Shown: positions 44,300 through 61,649 of the stretch, piece by piece
Numbering within the stretch: the stretch's first letter is position 1
Layout: every line of letters starts with the position of its first letter
From: the human T2T-CHM13v2.0 reference genome, Homo sapiens
Length of the DNA stretch: 64,000 nucleotides
Reading direction: 5' to 3' (one strand)
NCBI RefSeq assembly: GCF_009914755.1
Contig: NC_060927.1
The notes under the pieces: model-generated
What the model saw: the letters and a program-made list of their open reading frames with translations, nothing else
Told to the model about the DNA's origin: nothing
Databases searched by the model: none
Translations under genes and position numbers: made by a program

Positions 44300-45630
44300 T
44301 CACCTGTGCGCCCACCTGCTGCTGTGAAGTGCTGGGCGGGCTCATGGTGTAGTGTCCGCAGGCTCCTGCTGGAGGCTGGAGTCCGACCTGCCCCTTGGCT
44401 CCCCAGCAGGCATGGAGTTGTTCTCTGATGCCTTCTCTGGAGAACAGTGCAGACCTGCCCACCTCAGCCACATCTTCCCTGCCAGGAGATAAGTGAGTCC
44501 CCCCAGGCCCAATGGCCACCAGCTCCCTGCCTTCTGGTAAATTCAGCTGCATCTCACCATCTTCCCCTCTCCCCTCCAGCCCCCGAGGAGGGGGTCTCTC
44601 CTGGCTGAGGCCAAGACCATTCCCACCGCCTCCGGCATGGGCTCCTACCTCCTCCCCCCACTGCCTCCTCCCCCTCGGGCTTTCTATCCTACAAACAGTG
44701 CCCGTCCCCCACCCCCCCAATGTCTCCTCCCCTCTTATCCCGCCTTACCTTAAAAAATTATTGTGCGTATCTATGACTCAAAAATTAATACATTTCAAGG
44801 TAGGAAATATTGGCAAATGAGGAATAGCAAAAGCAACTAAAACTTGTCAAGGACCTCACCACTTTTAGGTCACCACTGTCCAGGTTCTGGGAGGGACCCT
44901 TTCAGACCTGTCTCTTTGGCTGAGAGGAGCTGGTTCTTCTGTCCCCATCCTTCCTCACACCCCCACGTATCTTGTCCACAGCAGCCAGACTTTGGCCCCT
45001 CCACGTTCCCAGAATGCCCTCCGCCCACGTCACCAGCACCTTCTGTGCCACGAGTTGCAGGACCTCTTCTCGGCCAGATGTCACTGACCTCGCCCCTGCA
45101 CTCCCACTTGTAATCCTGACCCCACTCTCCTGGTCGTCGTCCTCCCTTCCTTTTAAATCTGTGTTCCTGCCTCAGCCCCATTCTCCTCCTCGTCCTGTGG
45201 CTTTAGTTACATCCGTCTAGTGGCCTGTGGAACACCTCCTCCAGGAAGCCCCCAGACCCTGTAAGCTCAACAGCCCAAACCCGATGCTCTTCCCACCTCT
45301 GTTCTCTCCCAAAGCCCCATATACCTGCATCCCTTCCACTCATCACCTCCCAGGTTTCATCACAGCCCCTGCTCCTGGCTTTCTCTCTCACCTCCTCCTT
45401 GCCTCAGCCTCGCTCCCCTTGCCCCCGTCCTCCCCACCCCGGGCTTTCTCTAATTCCATATACCTCAGGGTCAAGTGTGCCCGTCTTCTTATCAATGCTG
45501 CATGGCCTCGCCACCAACTCAATCAAAGACCTCAGGCAAACTGATAGTGGTCTCAGAATCTCAGTTTCCCTATCTGGCATCAAGACCTTCTGGTTTCCAA
45601 GTTGCTGGGGCCGCAGGAGTGTTCCTCAAG

Positions 45631-45648
45631 CTGCCACTAGAGGGAGTG
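45631..45648 (+). promoter_or_regulatory. CTCF-like motif CTGCCACTAGAGGGAGTG
   Basis: One mismatch to the core consensus; motif evidence only. Confidence 0.4.
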
Positions 45649-46626
45649 TCTCATCCACAGGCCAGGAAAGAGGGCCCTTCTGAGCAAAAGGAAGCCCCCA
45701 GCCACCCTCCCAAGGCTCCGATTCTCAGGGCTGGGGTAGCCGGAGCTGCCACCTATATTCCCCCAGCGCAGGAAGCAACAGAGGGGAGCAGTGTTCCAGC
45801 GCCACACAGCTCTTGGGGCAGTGCTGCACTCTGGGCCTCTGGGGGCTCCTGTGGGCATGGGCTTGTCTGCCCAGGTGGCTACTGGGAGTGTTGGGCCTTG
45901 GGGATCCCCTGGGGCTAAGGGAGACCCATTCTTGCCTCCCTGGCCAGGCTGGTCAGCCCCTGTGGGGAGTATCAGGAGACTGCAAGAACAATGGCAGGTC
46001 CCTGGCCAGTCCATCCTCTGAGCCTCAGTTTCTGCCTCTGTAAAATGAGGATCATCACAGTTCCCACCTCATGGAGCTGCATGAAGAAGCAGTCAGTCTG
46101 CAGACATCTGGGGCCTGCCTGCCAGGCTCAGTGCATAGGGCTGCTCCAGACCCAGTCGTGGTATCTGGCCAGACTCCTCTGTGACCTTCCCAGTGAGCAA
46201 GATCCCCGACTCCCTCCAGTTATCCCCACCTAGCACCTCCTAAGGCACTCCACACTCCAGTCCAGAGCCAGGGCCCCAGGGCCCCCACTGGCTCTTTGTC
46301 CTCACCTGGATGCCTGATCCCCCTTGGGCCCTGGCCTGCCCCTCCCTGCCTCCCTCTGCCCTCGTGGTGGCCAAGGGCCCTGCCTTCTCTTGAGGATTCC
46401 CTCTCCTGCCTCCTGCAGTGAGGGCCAGGCTGTGAGCCTGACAGCTCCCATTTGCTGGGTGACCTTGAACAAGTCACGCCACCTCTCTGAGCCTCATGTC
46501 CTCGACTCCCCTGGGGCCAGTGCCTGCACCTGAGCTCTGTGATGCAGTTCCTGGCCCCCAGCAGGTGCTCCATCGATGGGTGCCTCATCCCCGGCTGTTC
46601 TGACAGGGACAACCTGGAGTACCCTA

Positions 46627-46941
<315 letters not shown>

Positions 46942-47081
46942 CTAGCATCACCATCCTCACTCCCTCCACTTCCTCAGTCCTACACAACTCCCAGTGGGCC
47001 CAGCACAGCCAGACCACACAGGGACACCCCACTCTTCACGCTCCTCACAGACCCAGCTCCCTTCACCCTCAGGAAGCCTCA

Positions 47082-47624
<543 letters not shown>

Positions 47625-50469
47625 TTACAGTGGGCTCCTTACTGGGCTGGTGCCGACTTGGGGCCCCCTGTGGCCCGGGCCCTGCTCACCTCTCCAGCCC
47701 CCTCTTTGCTGTCTGCAACCTGTGGCCACATTGGCATCCATCCTAACCAGAAACACTGTATCCTCTAACTGTGCTCAGGGCCCCCTCTGCCTCAGCAGGG
47801 CTCCCAGGGTTTCAGCAGGACCTCACCATCTGTTCCTCCCGACACCACTAGCCAGCACTTTCTCCCTGGGGAGTCCAGGCTTGCTGAGGAGGCCTTGGCT
47901 TTGTCATTTGCCAGTGACCTCTGCCCCACCATTCTGGCCCTGACCTCCCTCCAGACATTCATCTTCAATAAAACATTCAACGAATAACAGAATGAACAAA
48001 TGACATGTGGCCCCAGTCACTGAGCTGGGGCCAGTGGAAAAGGGTGGGTGAAGGATGTCATCGGTGGGGACCTGTGGAGTTTGTGGGACTCCTCATTCAT
48101 GGGGCTTGCGAGCAGGGATGTCCATGGGCACGACAGGAATTTGGGTATCAGCATCCATGGGTCTCTCATTCTGCACATTGAATGTATCACCAAGGCCTGC
48201 CAATTCTGGCTCCAAAATCCCACTGAAACCCTTCCTTTTCTCTGTCTCCACCCTCTGCCACCAGCATCACTTTGTTTCCTCTCACTGACTCTGGACTCCC
48301 CCTCCAACTTGCTTCCCCACAGCAACCTCAGGATCTCTCTAACACCCATGTCTGAACCAGTTCCGTCCCCCAGCCATCCCCGGAATGTCGTTTTCCTGCT
48401 TCCCCCCTTGGCCTCAGGATAACATCCATGTTCTTAGCTCCACTTATGAAGTCCTCTGTGACCAGGCCTCACTCACATCCTGACCTCTTCTCTTCTCTCA
48501 TCCCCTGGCCACCCCCAATCTGTGCTTACGGTCCCACAGAGCTAGCTCTCACTGGCCCTGTGTCTGGGCAGGCTGTTCCCTTGGCTGGAGGTACTCCTGT
48601 CACCCACCTGTACTGTATTTTTGGCTCAGAGGCTGCTTTTCCCAGGAAGCCTTTCTGACCCTCTGAGGATCCCTGCCTGCCCTTAATCAGATCCATGTAA
48701 CTCTATGTGCTGCTCCATCCTTGCGCATCTCTCTGCTCTGTGCCTAGCAGACGGCAGCAGCCTGTGGAATGAGGCGCTGAGTTCCATAACCTGGGGCACT
48801 GTGCCCCCAACCTGCTCCCTTGCAGCTCTACCCTCTTTCAGGCCCAGCTGCAGTGCCGTGTGTTCTGGGAATCGTTCTGGGCTGCTCCCACCCAGCTGTC
48901 GGTGACCCCTCAGTTCCACCGTCCTGGACTCAGCCTCCCCAAGCTTGTCCCCTTGGGACATTAGGCCTGAGTTTCCATAGTTCCCTCAGTCAGCCTGGGG
49001 GCTCCTCCAAGGCAGGGACGGGTCAAATTTCTGCCCTGTGGCTCCCAGGTGGTGCGGACCGTTGCGTAGCTCAAGCTGTGCGGAAAGCTGGGAGGAAACC
49101 TCTCCCTAGACGCCTCCCTGCCTCCAGTCCTGGGGTGGCCTGACTGTGTGCAGTCACCAGGGGCCTCCCTGTGGCTGCTTCCTATGGTCACATTTCTGTT
49201 CTGTCCCCGCAGACCTCTCAGCAACTATTTCCACCATGGACCACACCTTCCTCCTCCACAGGCCTCCTTCCTTGTCTTCCCGGCACCACTCCCCACTGAC
49301 CATCCTCCTGCCCCTCTAGCCTCCTCCCCTTGGCCTCCTCTGTAGGTTCTCAGCCTGCACCATCACTCGGGCAGCTCTTGGCTTCTGCAGCTCCTCTCTC
49401 CCCACCCACATGTGCCACCCAGGACTCTGTCTCAGGCCTGCTCTCCCTCCTCGCTCGATGTCCAATGCTCTTCTCCAACAGGTATAGACTGATGGGATCC
49501 CAGACCCTCCTGCTCCTCATCCCTCCATGACATGCAAACCACCACCCAGCCCAGACCCCTCCACTACCCAAACTTTCTCAGACCCGCACCTGGCAGCTCC
49601 ACTTGAGGTGTCACCACTGTGGGCAGGTGACAACTCTTAAGCAGGACAATCCTACAGGTCCCTCCACTGCCAGGCCGTGCTCTGCACTGCAGGGTAAGTT
49701 TTCTAAAATGATGCTTCTACCCTCTAAACCCTCCCATGTTCCTGTGCCTGGTGACACGGTGCAGGCCATGACGGGGTGCTCGTGGTGGGCATTGGCGGCC
49801 CTGCAGGATCTGCTGCCCTCCCACCTGCTCCAGTCTCCTGTAGCTTCCCTCTCCCACCCCGAGGTCCTGGCCCAGATCCTTGAAGGCATCTGGGGATCTT
49901 CTGCCTCTAGCCCTTTGCAGAGCAGTTCCCTGCCTTGCCTCAAGCACAGGCCCTACCAACCCTGGAGCCCATCCCACCTTCCATGGCCTGTGACCTAAAG
50001 CCTCCCTAGTCCAAGTTAGAGGCAGTGTTGGGTCCAGAGCACCCCATGCCAGCAGTGCAGCCTTTTGCTCTATGCAGGGACCACTTATTCAATGCCTGCT
50101 GCGTGCAGCCTGGCCCATGAATTCCACGTGGGCAGGACCAGGCCTGTCCTGAGCAGGGCTGGCACCTGGCAGGACCTCAGTAAACAGTTATGGAGAGAAT
50201 GAGTGAATGAATAAGAATAAGGATGGGCTGGGCGCCTTCTGCTCCCTTGTGGTTCTGGGGTTCTGGGTTTCTCTCCCCAGGCCAGATCTGCTTCCATTAA
50301 TGTCCTTGGGCAGCACCTTTGAAAGAGGAATCCAAGATGTTCTAGGGCTGATCTCCAGTGGAGCCCTGCTCCCATAGCCATTTTACAAATGAGGAAACTG
50401 AGTCCCAGAGTGGGATTTGCCCAAGGCCACAGAGCAGGTCAGTGGCAAAGCCAGGACCACGTGACTCTA

Positions 50470-50816
<347 letters not shown>

Positions 50817-51229
50817 CTAGGCTCAGCAAGTGGTGTGCCCTCCCTCTGGAGGGAGGAGCAAGACTTTGGCTTTTGGTCTCATCCCTCAGGTGGCTATTCC
50901 CAGGAGAGCGCATCCCTGAGGTCCTGGTCACAAACGTTGGTTGGGGGCCTCAGGGACCAGACAGACCAAGAGACTTAAAGCTCTGAGACCAGACTGAGAA
51001 CGAGTGAAGTAGGCTGAGTATCAGACAACAAGCAGCAGTAAGGACTATGTCAAAGGTGAGAGAGCAGGGTCTGCGTAGTCTTTCAAATCCATCATTTAAA
51101 AAGGCGCTGTACCGGCCACATAGAACACGTCTGTGGGCCCCATTCAGCGCTGAGCCAGGAGTTTGGGACCCCACACAGGCCCAGGTCCATTGCTTCCTAG
51201 GGGAGTTGGAGGCCCACAGAGAAGACTTA

Positions 51230-51595
<366 letters not shown>

Positions 51596-51694
51596 TCACT
51601 GGGCTCTTAGCAGCACACTGGCTGGCTTCTGTACAATCATGCAGCACCCTACCTCCCAGCTCCCATCTGAGCGCGTTCCCCTGAGGATGCTTTA

Positions 51695-51928
<234 letters not shown>

Positions 51929-52898
51929 TCAGGCAGACTCCCCCTGCCTTCATGGATTCCAGAGGAGCCCTTCTCACAGGCAGCTCTACTGAAAGGGGAC
52001 TAGATGACTATGAGATGCTGATGACGCACATGGCATATGGGCCACAGCCTCCCTTCCTGTGCCAACGGCAGGCATTGTTAATCAATCACACATCCTTTGA
52101 TTAAACCCTGATGTGGTTCTCATCACAGAGTCCCAGGTCGCTACCACCTATTGACCATGACGGTCCATCCTGAGACAGAACCATTGGCTGTCTCGACCTG
52201 GGCGAAGACTTTGGAAAGACTTCCATGAATGCCTCCTCAGATCTGGCCCCAGGTAAGCTTGGCCAGGTGAACTTCTCTTTGCCTCATCCACATACATAGT
52301 TCCTGCAAACTTGACAGATCTATTTGTGTATTTTCAGTTTCTTGGGGGGACATTTGCATTTGGGGGCATTTTACTTACAGAATGTGACACGGATTTAGAA
52401 TATGTATAAAGGATTATGCTTCAGGTAAAATACGCCATTTCTCTGCAATAATAAGGATAGGTTCTGTCCTCTCTGACTGTAATGACAGACGGATATCTGG
52501 GACAATCAGGCCGGATCAGAGCCAGCCAATCAGAAGGCACAAGGCTTCCCAGCCCCGCCCCACCCTACCCCAGCAGCTGGCCCTGAGCAGAGCTGAGGGT
52601 TTCCCCGAGGAAACCAGCCTGGAGCTGGGGCACCCCTTTATACACAACAGAAATCAATGGAACGAGTGATTCTTACCCGAGGGCAGTGACAAATAATAAA
52701 ATAATATTTGCTGCAGAACGTCTTTCAGTGGGAGAGAACATGTCAAGGGCAGGAAATCCAGTTGTTTGGGAGGACCACAGCCTGTTAGAATCTCCAGCCT
52801 GGAAGGGCTCAGTCTGACGTTCCCTCCCTGCACACCCCACAGTGACCAGGAGCGCACTCCAGCATCCACCTGCCAAGCCACTGCTGAGGGAGTTGGAA

Positions 52899-53339
52899 GA
52901 CTATGGATTGAGTTGTATTCCCCCCAAAAGACAGACTGGAGCCCTAAGCCCCAGTACCTGTGTATGTGACCTTGCTTAGAGATAGGGTCATTATAGTGGT
53001 AAATCCAGCTAAAATGAGCGCATCACGGTAAGCCCTAATCCAACAGGAATGGTGTCCTTATAAAGAGGAAATTTCGACACAAAGATATGCAAAGGAGATG
53101 CCATGCAGAAATCGGGGTGCTGCTTCTACACTCCAAGGAGGCCAAAGGTGGCCAGCAAGCCACTGGAAGCTGAGAGAGAGGCAGAGACAGCTCCTCCCTA
53201 TCGTCACTGGAAAGAGCCAGCCCTGCTGACACCTTGGTCTCAAACAGATGTACAGCCTTCAGGACTGTGAGACAGCAAACTGCTCTTGAGCCACTCAGTT
53301 TGTGTGACTTTGATACGGCAGCCCTAGAAAACTAGTACA
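52899..53339 (+). mobile_element. MLT1 (MaLR) solo LTR
   Basis: ctatgga.tga.ttgt..cccccaaaa...gcagccctagaaaacta.taca. Confidence 0.85.
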
Positions 53340-56300
53340 AAGAGTTAGAAGGTGGGGCCAAGCCTGACTGGGACAGCTCCTGCCTGGGGTCTCCTTTCTG
53401 CCTTCAGCAATGGTAAAAACAAGGAATCGGCCTTGACTATCTCGCCTGTATCCACCCCATTCACAGCACCTGCCACTCCTTCAGCCCCCACCACCATCGT
53501 CTCAAGCTGGGTCATTGCCCAGCCTGCCTCTGGGCAGGAGGGCAGGGGCCATGGGGAGGGCACTACCCTCCCTGTGTACCCTGTGCAGAGGGCACTGCCT
53601 GGCCCCTCTTTCCTTACCCTGGCCACCAGTGACCTGCCTGAGTGTCAGCCTGTGGGGCTGCTCTCTTTCAGGGGTTCCACCCTGATGCCTTCAAGAGGAA
53701 ACCCGCAGTTCTGAGCGTGGCTGTCTTGTGGCGTGAGGAACGGATGCTCTAGAGGGGCAGGGTCCCAGTAAGGAGGCCTCTCTAGCTACTGGAGTTGTCT
53801 AAGAGACCGGCTCTGTGGTGGCAGGTAGTGATCTCCCCGTTGTTGAAGGGTTAGAGCAGGGCCAGCTGACCACCAGCCTCCTCTGGGGCTTACTTCCAGG
53901 GCCTGGGGAGAAGCCTTCCAGTGCCCACTCGGGGTTTGGGGGCCACGTGAGCAAGGCCCCTGCCTCGTGCCACAGCGGCTAATCACATAAGCAAACGTGA
54001 CCTCATTCTTACAGGGCTGGAGGGAGTGGGAATGTGGAATGTCCAAGATCTTGTTTATATAACTTACTAACATCCTCATGATGGCTGTAAACTGGGCTGT
54101 GGCCCCCTGCTGTCTCCTGCCCCTGAGAACAGCAAAGAGCTGCTGTTTCCTGGGAACGCACACCTTATCTGGCTCCTGCCTCCAAAAGGAGGAATTTAGG
54201 TTCTTGGTTTCAAAGACGCTGGAGGACTTGGAGTTGGAAAGGGTTTTGGGTCATTGACTTTGACCCTCTGCCCATTCCCTAGATCCGTTCCCAGGTGTCC
54301 TCAACAGATGGGCTGGTCAGCCTCTGCTTGCACACCCGATGACAGGGTGCTCCCTCCCTCTAATGCCCACTGCTCCACTGTGGAACAAGTCTAGCTGATT
54401 TTTTAACACAACCTTTCTTTTTTCAGATAGCAGAGCATCACCCTGTGTCAGACCTGTACTCTGTTTGGAGGCAGGGTCTTTGGCACAGGTCTATACAAAA
54501 GACTCTGGGAACACAGAAGGGGGTTTTGTGCTGCTGAGTATAAGGGGGTTTTGTGCTGCTTCAGTGCCCTTTGTGCTACTGAAGGAGCACAGAGGGCACT
54601 GTTGCTTTAGAAGAAAGTGGGTGGGGAGGAGAAATCAAGGAGGACTTCCTGGGGGAGGGGATGTTTGAGCTGCCAACTGAGGCTCTGGTTCCTGGCATTG
54701 TGCCAGGGCTGAGGCTACACAGATGAACACAGATTAGTCCTGGCCGCAGGGAACTGTCCACTCTGCACTGGCAGAGAAGGCCTGAGGTATGAACGGGCCT
54801 GAGGGCCACGCTGCAGGTGATCTGGAGGGGCTGAGGGAAGATGTGGGGTAGGGACTGGAGACCATGAATTTGGAGAGGGGCAGAAGGTTCTGGACCAGGG
54901 ATATGCTCCTTCAGGCACTGGGAACTGTGGGAAGTTCTGAGCCAGGAATGAGGTGATTGGTGCTGCGTTTTAGAAATACTCTCACTTTCAAGACTGTCTC
55001 CCAGAGCCAAAATCAGCCATCTTCTGGGCCTCTCCAAGCAAGCTGGCTTCATGAGAAAAATGAAGCTAATTTTTACGGACCCTATACTTTCTTCTGTGCA
55101 GTGGAGAGAGGGCTTGGGGACCAACGGGCTGGGCTGGGCTCTGCTCTAGGGTCTCACATGAGCCCTGGTTTCCTCATCTGTAAAATGGGTACAATAGTAT
55201 CCACCCTTCAGCAAGGCTGGGAGGAACTCTATGACAGGGCACACAGAGCCCACGCACAGGATGGGCACGTGCACACCTTTTCCAATTCCCTTTTCTCTCA
55301 TAAATGCAACAGGGCATTCACGAGGCCCCAGCCACTCTGCATCCCTTCCTGCCTTCTTGCCCTGCTCATTCTGTCCCCTCTGCCTGGAATGCCCTTCCTC
55401 CCTTAGCCTCTGTGTGTCAAGTCTTTCCCATCTTATAAATGAAATGCTCTCTATTCCTGAAGCCATTCCTGATTCCTGCACCCCAACAGGATGTTTTCTT
55501 AAGCTGCTCTCAGGACTTAATTTTGTTGCTCACTCATTTACTTATTGGACAAACAGCTCTGGCGCATCTAACTGCTCTGGACACTGAGGATCCGGAGATG
55601 ATTACGACTCAAACCCCAGAGGCATCGATCCAGTTGAAATATGCTTCCCACATCGATAAAATTACTGTGAAATTAAAAATAAATAAATAAGTTTGGGAAA
55701 AAATGACTTCTCTCGCTAAAATTATCCTAGATATTTCTCACTGAGGGAAAGCAGCCAGGAAATGGGTGCTTCCTGTTTTCATTAAATAAAGGCTTTTAAA
55801 CATCTGTTGTTTCTGGTGACAGCCGTTGTCTGTGACTCCGAGGGCTTCAAACACCCCCGGATAACCCGGCAAATCCCAGACCGCTGCTCTCCTGATGGCT
55901 TTATCAGCACTGACTTCAATCAGCCTTGGAAAATGTACCCACTGTAAGGGCTGGCAGTGGGGTGCTCTGGCAAGGGTGTCTTGATCTGTTCTACCCTTTG
56001 GGCTTCTCGTGGGAGGAAGGCAATGTGGAGATTCAACCCCTTGACAGCCAGGGAAACCGAGGGAGGTAAAGATTGTTTTCTTGCAGTTGCAAAATGAATC
56101 TTAATGTGTCTGCAGGACCCTAGAGATGGCCCGGGCTGAGGTTTTCCCTCTGGCTGAGCCTCCTAGGCTGGAGGCACCAGGAAGGGAGTTCACCTGTGAG
56201 ATTTACAGAGGGTGACAAATAATTCTGCATAAAGGGACGAGTCCAGGAGGACAGAGCTCTGGGGTGCTTGACAAAAACACGGCCACCATAAGCACACACG

Positions 56301-57103
56301 TTCCCTGAAGGTCGCCCCTAAAATCTGGGGATAGTGGTTACCTCTGAGGTGGGAACCAGGGGGCTAGAGGGGGCAGGAATGACCTACCTAAAAAACAAAC
56401 AAATAAACAAAGCCATACCCACCCGTCTCCTTGGGTCCTGCATCCATCCCGCCCCACTCGGAGGTGCTGAATCAACACGTCTGAGCTCTTATGCTTGCAC
56501 GTGGTGTCACCTGTAACCCTGCTGTGTCCCTCACTGTGAATGCTGGACAGTCTGATTCTCTCAGTTTTCAAGTGGGGAAACTGAGGCCATCTGTGAGGGA
56601 GTGGCAGGGGCAGAATTAGAACCCATGTCCCTTGAGTCTGCTGTGTCACTTGAGTAAGTTGCTGCTGTGAGACAGTTTATGACTCCTATATAGACATCCC
56701 AGGGGTGAGCCAACAGGAGAGAGCGTGGCCCATGTGGATGCCCTGACTGAAGGAAGTGAGGGAAGATGGGAGGGTAAGTCTTCCAGTCAACTATCGCTCT
56801 CTCTGGGGACGTCAGAGCTTGGGAGGGACCCAAGGGGCACCTGGGCTGACCTCCCATTTCATAGCTGAGAACACTGAGGCTCAGAGAGGGAAGTGGCTCG
56901 TTAGCGGCAAAGTCGGGGTTGGGGGTTGGCTCCAGGCCCCCCTTTCCCAGAGTCTGTGCCTGCAGCTAACTTCTCTGGATGACCATGCTGTCAACAGAAA
57001 ATGCCAGGAACCCAGCTCTGCCCCCTCAGGCCCTGGGCATGGGGAGCTCTCATCCTTGTCCTCGTCTGCTCATCCTCTTGACTTAGAACTACTTGTCCTT
57101 TCC

Positions 57104-57556
<453 letters not shown>

Positions 57557-58274
57557 TCACTCAGCCACTTTGGGCACATCACTGTCCCCCTTTGGGCTTC
57601 GGTGTTTTCTTCTGGAAATTGGGGTTTGTGCGGGAAGGTGTTTGGACTAGATCAGTCACTCAAACCTCAAGTCATGCCCTGTTAGTGACGTGAAATTTGT
57701 TTAGTGGGTGGTGACCAACATTTTAAAAAAGAAACAAAGAAATAGAAGAACAGAAAATAGGTAAGTGCATCCCATTATTTTGTGAAATTCTTGCTTTGGT
57801 GAAATGTGTGTGTTTACTGAGTCATGACATAAAATACATTTCTTATTGTGCGTCATGGTCAAATAACAGTTTGGGCCTGCCTGTGTCTTCCATTCACCTA
57901 AGGGATGTTTCCAAGGCAGGGTGGTGAGCCAGGAGCTCTGGGAGGGCCCGGGAAGGGGGAGGCTGTGGGGTTGGGAAGGACAGGGGAGCCACAGGGTGTA
58001 GGCAGGCCAGCCTCAAGTGCTGTGCAAGGATGAAGAGTTTTCAGTAACGAGATAACACATCACAGTGAGGCCTGAACCCATTAGTGGCTGGTAATGAGCA
58101 GGTGTCCCACAGGGAGGCTGATAAACGGCCTGTCTGTCCATGGAGAGAGAGGTTTGCAGGAAAGCACGTGTGGGCTCCACTGCCAAGCTCCAGGGGCATT
58201 AATTGTCTTTGCTGTTTTAGGATCTTGATAGGAGTGAGGAAGCCACAATGACACCCCCAAGGAGGGTGTGTGTG

Positions 58275-58277
<3 letters not shown>

Positions 58278-58310
<33 letters not shown>
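58278..58310 (+). repeat. (GA)n microsatellite
   Basis: Direct reading. Confidence 0.95.
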
Positions 58311-58313
<3 letters not shown>

Positions 58314-59967
58314 CACTAGGCATGGTGTGGAAGATTGGGGTTCCAGTCCCATTCATTCTTATTCATTCATTCCGCAAACACTCATTGAACACCTTTGGCA
58401 GGCTAGGCTGTATGTCTAGGGCTGTTACGTGTCCCTGGATCTAGGGTAATGAAATCTACTGAAGAGGGCATGAAGGAAGGGGACCCACGTATGTAGGCCG
58501 CCTATCTTGTACCAGATACTCTGCTTGTTGCTCGTAGATGCATGATCTGAGCCTTCATGATATCCCAGAGGGGGTGTGTGTGATACTATTATTATCCCCA
58601 GTATGCAGATGAGGCTCAGAGAGGTTATGTAACTGGTTCAACGTCACACAGCCAGCTGTGCCGGCACTCAGGATCACAGATCTGTCTGATGTCTGAGCTC
58701 ACACTTTGAACCCTCTCCCTGCTGCCTAAAATGTGAAATGCCTGTGACCTCCTAGTTTCATTTTTCTTTGGAATGCAGAATCTTATAACATCAGGGCCAG
58801 GAACTTGGAGGTCATCTTGTCTATCCCTTTTACCTTAAAGAGAGGGAAACTGAGGCTCAGAGAGGAGTAGCAAATGGCCAGAGACCCCCAGAGAACAGTG
58901 TCAGGGTAGGTCCATTAAGGAGTGGAGGAGGTGGGCCCTCAAAGCATCAGCACCAAATCTTACAGCCAAGGCCAATCTGGACCCAGCCAGGGCCTGGCCA
59001 GGGCATCCGGTCTGGACCTAGCAGCTGAGTGAGTCCTGGGAGGAAGTGGAAGCCAGCCCCTCCTGCACGCTGCCTCATGCCCATGGTGCTCCCCTGGGGC
59101 CTCACAGTGTGAGCTGACTCACTCCGCCTGCCATGCACCGTTTTGGAGATTCAGGACAGCTTCCTCTGTTCCCCACAGCCTTTCTTCAGCCTGGGAAGCA
59201 CCACAGACCACACACATCCCATCCTCCCCTGACCCCGGCAGCTCCAGCACTGAGTTCTTGGTCTTCCCCCTTCAGGTGCAGATTCAGCTAAAGGAGAATG
59301 AAGACCTACTGTGTGCTGAGCACCCCACTAGGTGTACTGATAGGCATCGCCTCCCTTGATCCTTGTGAAGTGGGTGCTGTCAGCCCCCTTCCCTTCTGCT
59401 GGAGAATGTGACCTTAACTTTCTAGCTCTGTTCCCCTGGGAATCTGATAAAAGTAGACTCTCAGCTGTGTTCCTAGGCCAGCTTGCTGGGGTAAACTGGC
59501 TGGTAAACTGCATCTGCACTGGGAGAACTATAAATACTGACAGGGACACCACACTTCGGGTTCTCCTGAGTGCAATGCCCTTGCTATTGGGTGTGTCCTT
59601 TGTAGGGACCCTGGAATCCATGTTTGTGGATTTGTTACAGGAGATCCTGGCTCCTGCAGGGCAAGAGGTTTCTAAGGCAGGGCAGCCCCTACACCTGTCC
59701 CTTGGGGGACCAGAGGGAAGAGCTCATGGTGGCTGGCTGGACAGCTCGAGGACTGCCCCCATGGCAGAGCAATACCTGCTGGCAACCTGTGGGTTCTGTG
59801 TCCTTCTGGGCCGACCCATGCCACATGTGGTCTACACTGTTTCTCATGGGCAATCCTCTTATGAGGATCAAGGAAGGAAATCCCCATGGGCATTATGTGG
59901 AAACTGAGACTCAAAGAGGTGAAGTGACTTACTCCAGGTCACCCTGGTGGCTGGCCTCCCAGCCTCA

Positions 59968-60327
<360 letters not shown>

Positions 60328-60519
60328 CTAGCTGTGGCTGGTCATCCAGTGCCCATCTAGTTCATCCCCCAGGCAGGGTGAAATCAAGCATTCGTCCTGC
60401 AATTTTTGCCCAGGCCACTCAGCAAGCGGAGCCCCACTTTGATGTATTATATACTCACAAGATTCATCTGAAATAACACTCCCACAGCTGAAATGGTTTA
60501 CAAAGCACATAAAACTCAG

Positions 60520-60705
60520 GCTAGTAGTTCTTGACCCTGCCTGCACATTAGAATTGCTTGGAGGAGCCTTTAATAAATACCCACGTGCGAGCCTTGCCCC
60601 AGAGGTTCCAGTTCAATTTGTCTGGGGTGAATCCAGGAATCAATGTTTTTTTAAACACTCCTCAGAGTGATTCCAATGTGTACCCAGGGCTGAGAACCAC
60701 TGGGG
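60520..60705. mobile_element. MER5A-type hAT transposon
   Basis: agtagttctt...ctgcacattagaat...ggagc...ccagggctgagaaccactg. Confidence 0.75.
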
Positions 60706-61193
60706 GCTAGACTAATTGCCTCAATGTACAAGTGGGGAAACTGAGGCCAGAGAGGGGAAGGGATTTGCTTAGTTCACCAGGCTTATTTCCAGCACTCCTC
60801 TGGAGTCAGAGGAGTGTGGCTAATAATGAAAATAGCTACCATCAACCAACTCTACGCTAAAGGAAATGAAATAAGAGAGATCTAAGTGTGACAATGAGTA
60901 GAACTTCCTGATGAACCAGCGGCTTAGGGAGGAGAAGGGGGAGGACTCTGGCTATAGAAATGTTTAAGAGGATATAGTGGAAAACACAGTGGCCAAGGGG
61001 CATGCAAGTGAAGATGAGTCTTGCTGGGTGACCTTGGGCAGGGCCCTCTGTGGCTCTGGGTGCTAGACGGCCACTCCAGCCGGGCAGGCTGCTGAGCCTG
61101 GCCTGGATGGCGGCCAGTGCTATATGACCCTGACATCCCCAGCTCCCTGCACCAGGGCACAGCCCTCAGCCCCGGTGCCCTGCCCAGCGCTTA

Positions 61194-61526
<333 letters not shown>

Positions 61527-61649
61527 TTAGGTGGTCTCTGGGCTGGGGGCTGAGCCCTCAGGGAGCCCTTGGCCCATCCCCTGCACCCTCAGGGCTCTGC
61601 ATCCCAGGTCCAGTCCTGACTCCGGGTGAAAGGAGTGAAGCAAGATTAG

